A DNA stretch of 59,226 bases from a virus (Duplodnaviria; Caudoviricetes). This document shows positions 57,900 to 59,226 of this stretch, piece after piece (the stretch's first letter is position 1; every line of letters starts with the position of its first letter). The DNA lies in IMG/VR virus record IMGVR_UViG_3300047457_001195, positions 1 through 59,226 of that record; one strand, 5' to 3'. Below the pieces are notes generated by a model. The model was not told the origin of the DNA. It saw only the letters and a program-made list of their open reading frames with translations, and searched no databases. The translations under genes were made by a program, and so were the position numbers.

Positions 57900-59226
57900 T
57901 TAGAATAATCCGAAAAATAACATCACAGGCACCAACCACCATGGCCTAGACCCACCCCCACCACCCTGTGTATATTCTGTAGTGGCTGCTTCATAGCTCA
58001 AGCCTGACACATTGGTCACTGCTGTGCAGGTAAGATTGGAACTGATCACAGGCGTGGTATAGGTCATGGTGGTGTTTACTAGACAATTAGTGGCTGTTAT
58101 GACAAATCTCAATCTTCTACTCTGTTCAAAGGAGGCCTGATCACGTGTGGCTGCTATTACAATGCTGATGCCCGTGGTAGCACTGGTCCAGGTAGTCACT
58201 GTGGTTTGATAACTGGGGTTGACCCAATCCGATCTATCATAGGCATACTCTAATGCTGAACTGGATCTTAGCTCCGTGATCCATGTAGACCACATGGCAC
58301 TACTGGTAGACACTGAACTCACTGCCACGTTTGCTGCCTCGGGCTTTATGGATATGGTGTGTTGGGCTCGATCTGTTATGGCTTGGGTTAGCCCTATGGG
58401 ATCAGGGCCTTTACGACCCGACCATATGTCTATCCAACTGACCTGATGATCCTGCTCTCCATCCCAGGTCCACCATCCATTGACAGCACTGAGGCTACCC
58501 CCATTGGGCCCTGTGTAGAGATCTAGATAACCGGGTATGACGGCTGAATATCGGGCTGAACCCCCATCTATGCTGACCTTGACTGTGGTGGCCGTGCTCA
58601 ATACTGTCTGACCTTGCTCTATGCCCACTACCAACTTGGTAGAATAATCCCCATAGTGTAGTCCCACAAACTGATAGGGCGTGCCCTGTATACTGGGATC
58701 CTGAGTCAACATACTGGGCTGCCCTGCCACTGCTTGACTGAAGAAATAATCTTGACTTTCTGGGGAACGAACACCACCATAGGGATCTGTGGCCCAATTC
58801 ACATGATAGATGGGCCCACGACCCCCACCTACTCCATTTACTGATAAAGGAACTGTGACCCAACTGTCTAGGCTGCATTGAAACTGATACTGATCCAAGC
58901 CCAGGGGCTGAGCCTGCGCTAGCCCAGGCATGAAGGGCTGTATGACAAATTCACTGCCCTGATTGAAAAAGGCCGAGGCCAAATAGGTCTGAGGCCACTC
59001 TGCTTCTACCTGCATGGTGATGGTGGCCGTGCTTGAAATACCCCAGGGCTGTGTGCGTGTGCTGATGCCCTGATCAAATATTTGATCACAGCCTGACTGC
59101 TGAACTAGGCTGTTGGGATGACAGTTATAACGCTGTGCCTTGACTGAATCTACTAGCGTGATTAATCTGCTTAGAGTGGCAGTGGTGATTTGACTGCCTG
59201 TGTTGACCACTAGAGCGTCAGTCCAT
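57900..59226 (-). CDS. Putative virion structural protein (5'-truncated by window edge)
   Basis: Frame stays open upstream of GTG 59210 (WTDALVVNTG...) to the window end. A..FFN.G motif, Ser/Thr-rich; ends GGGGGSRPWWLVPVMLFFGLF. Confidence 0.65.
   Translation of the reverse strand, partial: WTDALVVNTGSQITTATLSRLITLVDSVKAQRYNCHPNSLVQQSGCDQIFDQGISTRTQPWGISSTATITMQVEAEWPQTYLASAFFNQGSEFVIQPFMPGLAQAQPLGLDQYQFQCSLDSWVTVPLSVNGVGGGRGPIYHVNWATDPYGGVRSPESQDYFFSQAVAGQPSMLTQDPSIQGTPYQFVGLHYGDYSTKLVVGIEQGQTVLSTATTVKVSIDGGSARYSAVIPGYLDLYTGPNGGSLSAVNGWWTWDGEQDHQVSWIDIWSGRKGPDPIGLTQAITDRAQHTISIKPEAANVAVSSVSTSSAMWSTWITELRSSSALEYAYDRSDWVNPSYQTTVTTWTSATTGISIVIAATRDQASFEQSRRLRFVITATNCLVNTTMTYTTPVISSNLTCTAVTNVSGLSYEAATTEYTQGGGGGSRPWWLVPVMLFFGLF

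Noticed and set aside
1-59226. Stop-codon reassignment, as in some jumbo phages
   Set aside because: Code 11 gives full-length, tightly packed genes, and TAA, TAG and TGA all appear as true stops.

Overview
This window is part of a large, AT-rich tailed dsDNA phage genome (jumbo/T4-like myovirus type). The IscU, IscA, ErpA and IF-1 sequences suggest a proteobacterial host. Coding is dense, uses the standard genetic code, and lies almost entirely on the minus strand. Four blocks are visible. (1) 1-35.3 kb is a tail-fibre/adhesin operon: an Mtd-N-like protein, three paralogous RCC1-repeat proteins, a 1390-aa beta-helix protein, fibre segments, a 2484-aa Thr/Gln-rich collagen with periodic knobs, LamG and YadA-like/C1q proteins, and a signal-peptide-bearing SNase nuclease. 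(2) 35.3-41.4 kb is an accessory block: HNH nuclease, IF-1, ATP-dependent DNA ligase, the Fe-S assembly proteins IscA/IscU/ErpA, a 2OG-Fe(II) oxygenase and a SleB-type wall hydrolase. (3) 41.5-55.7 kb is a 13-gene tailoring cluster: three radical SAM enzymes, three SGNH-like proteins, two GT10-like proteins, a GT-A-like protein, an NDP-sugar epimerase, a 2OG oxygenase and two methyltransferases. (4) 55.7-59.2 kb holds higher-GC virion genes, one with an intact type-1-copper-like motif. The leading hypotheses are a phage surface-glycosylation system supplied by its own Fe-S proteins, with the giant collagen as a candidate substrate; a plug-and-socket chain of fibre segments whose order follows gene order; and TAAATA-driven near-leaderless late genes in a phage that carries IF-1. 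No tRNA, rRNA, CRISPR array, integrase or reverse transcriptase was seen. All family calls come from motif recognition by eye, not database searches.
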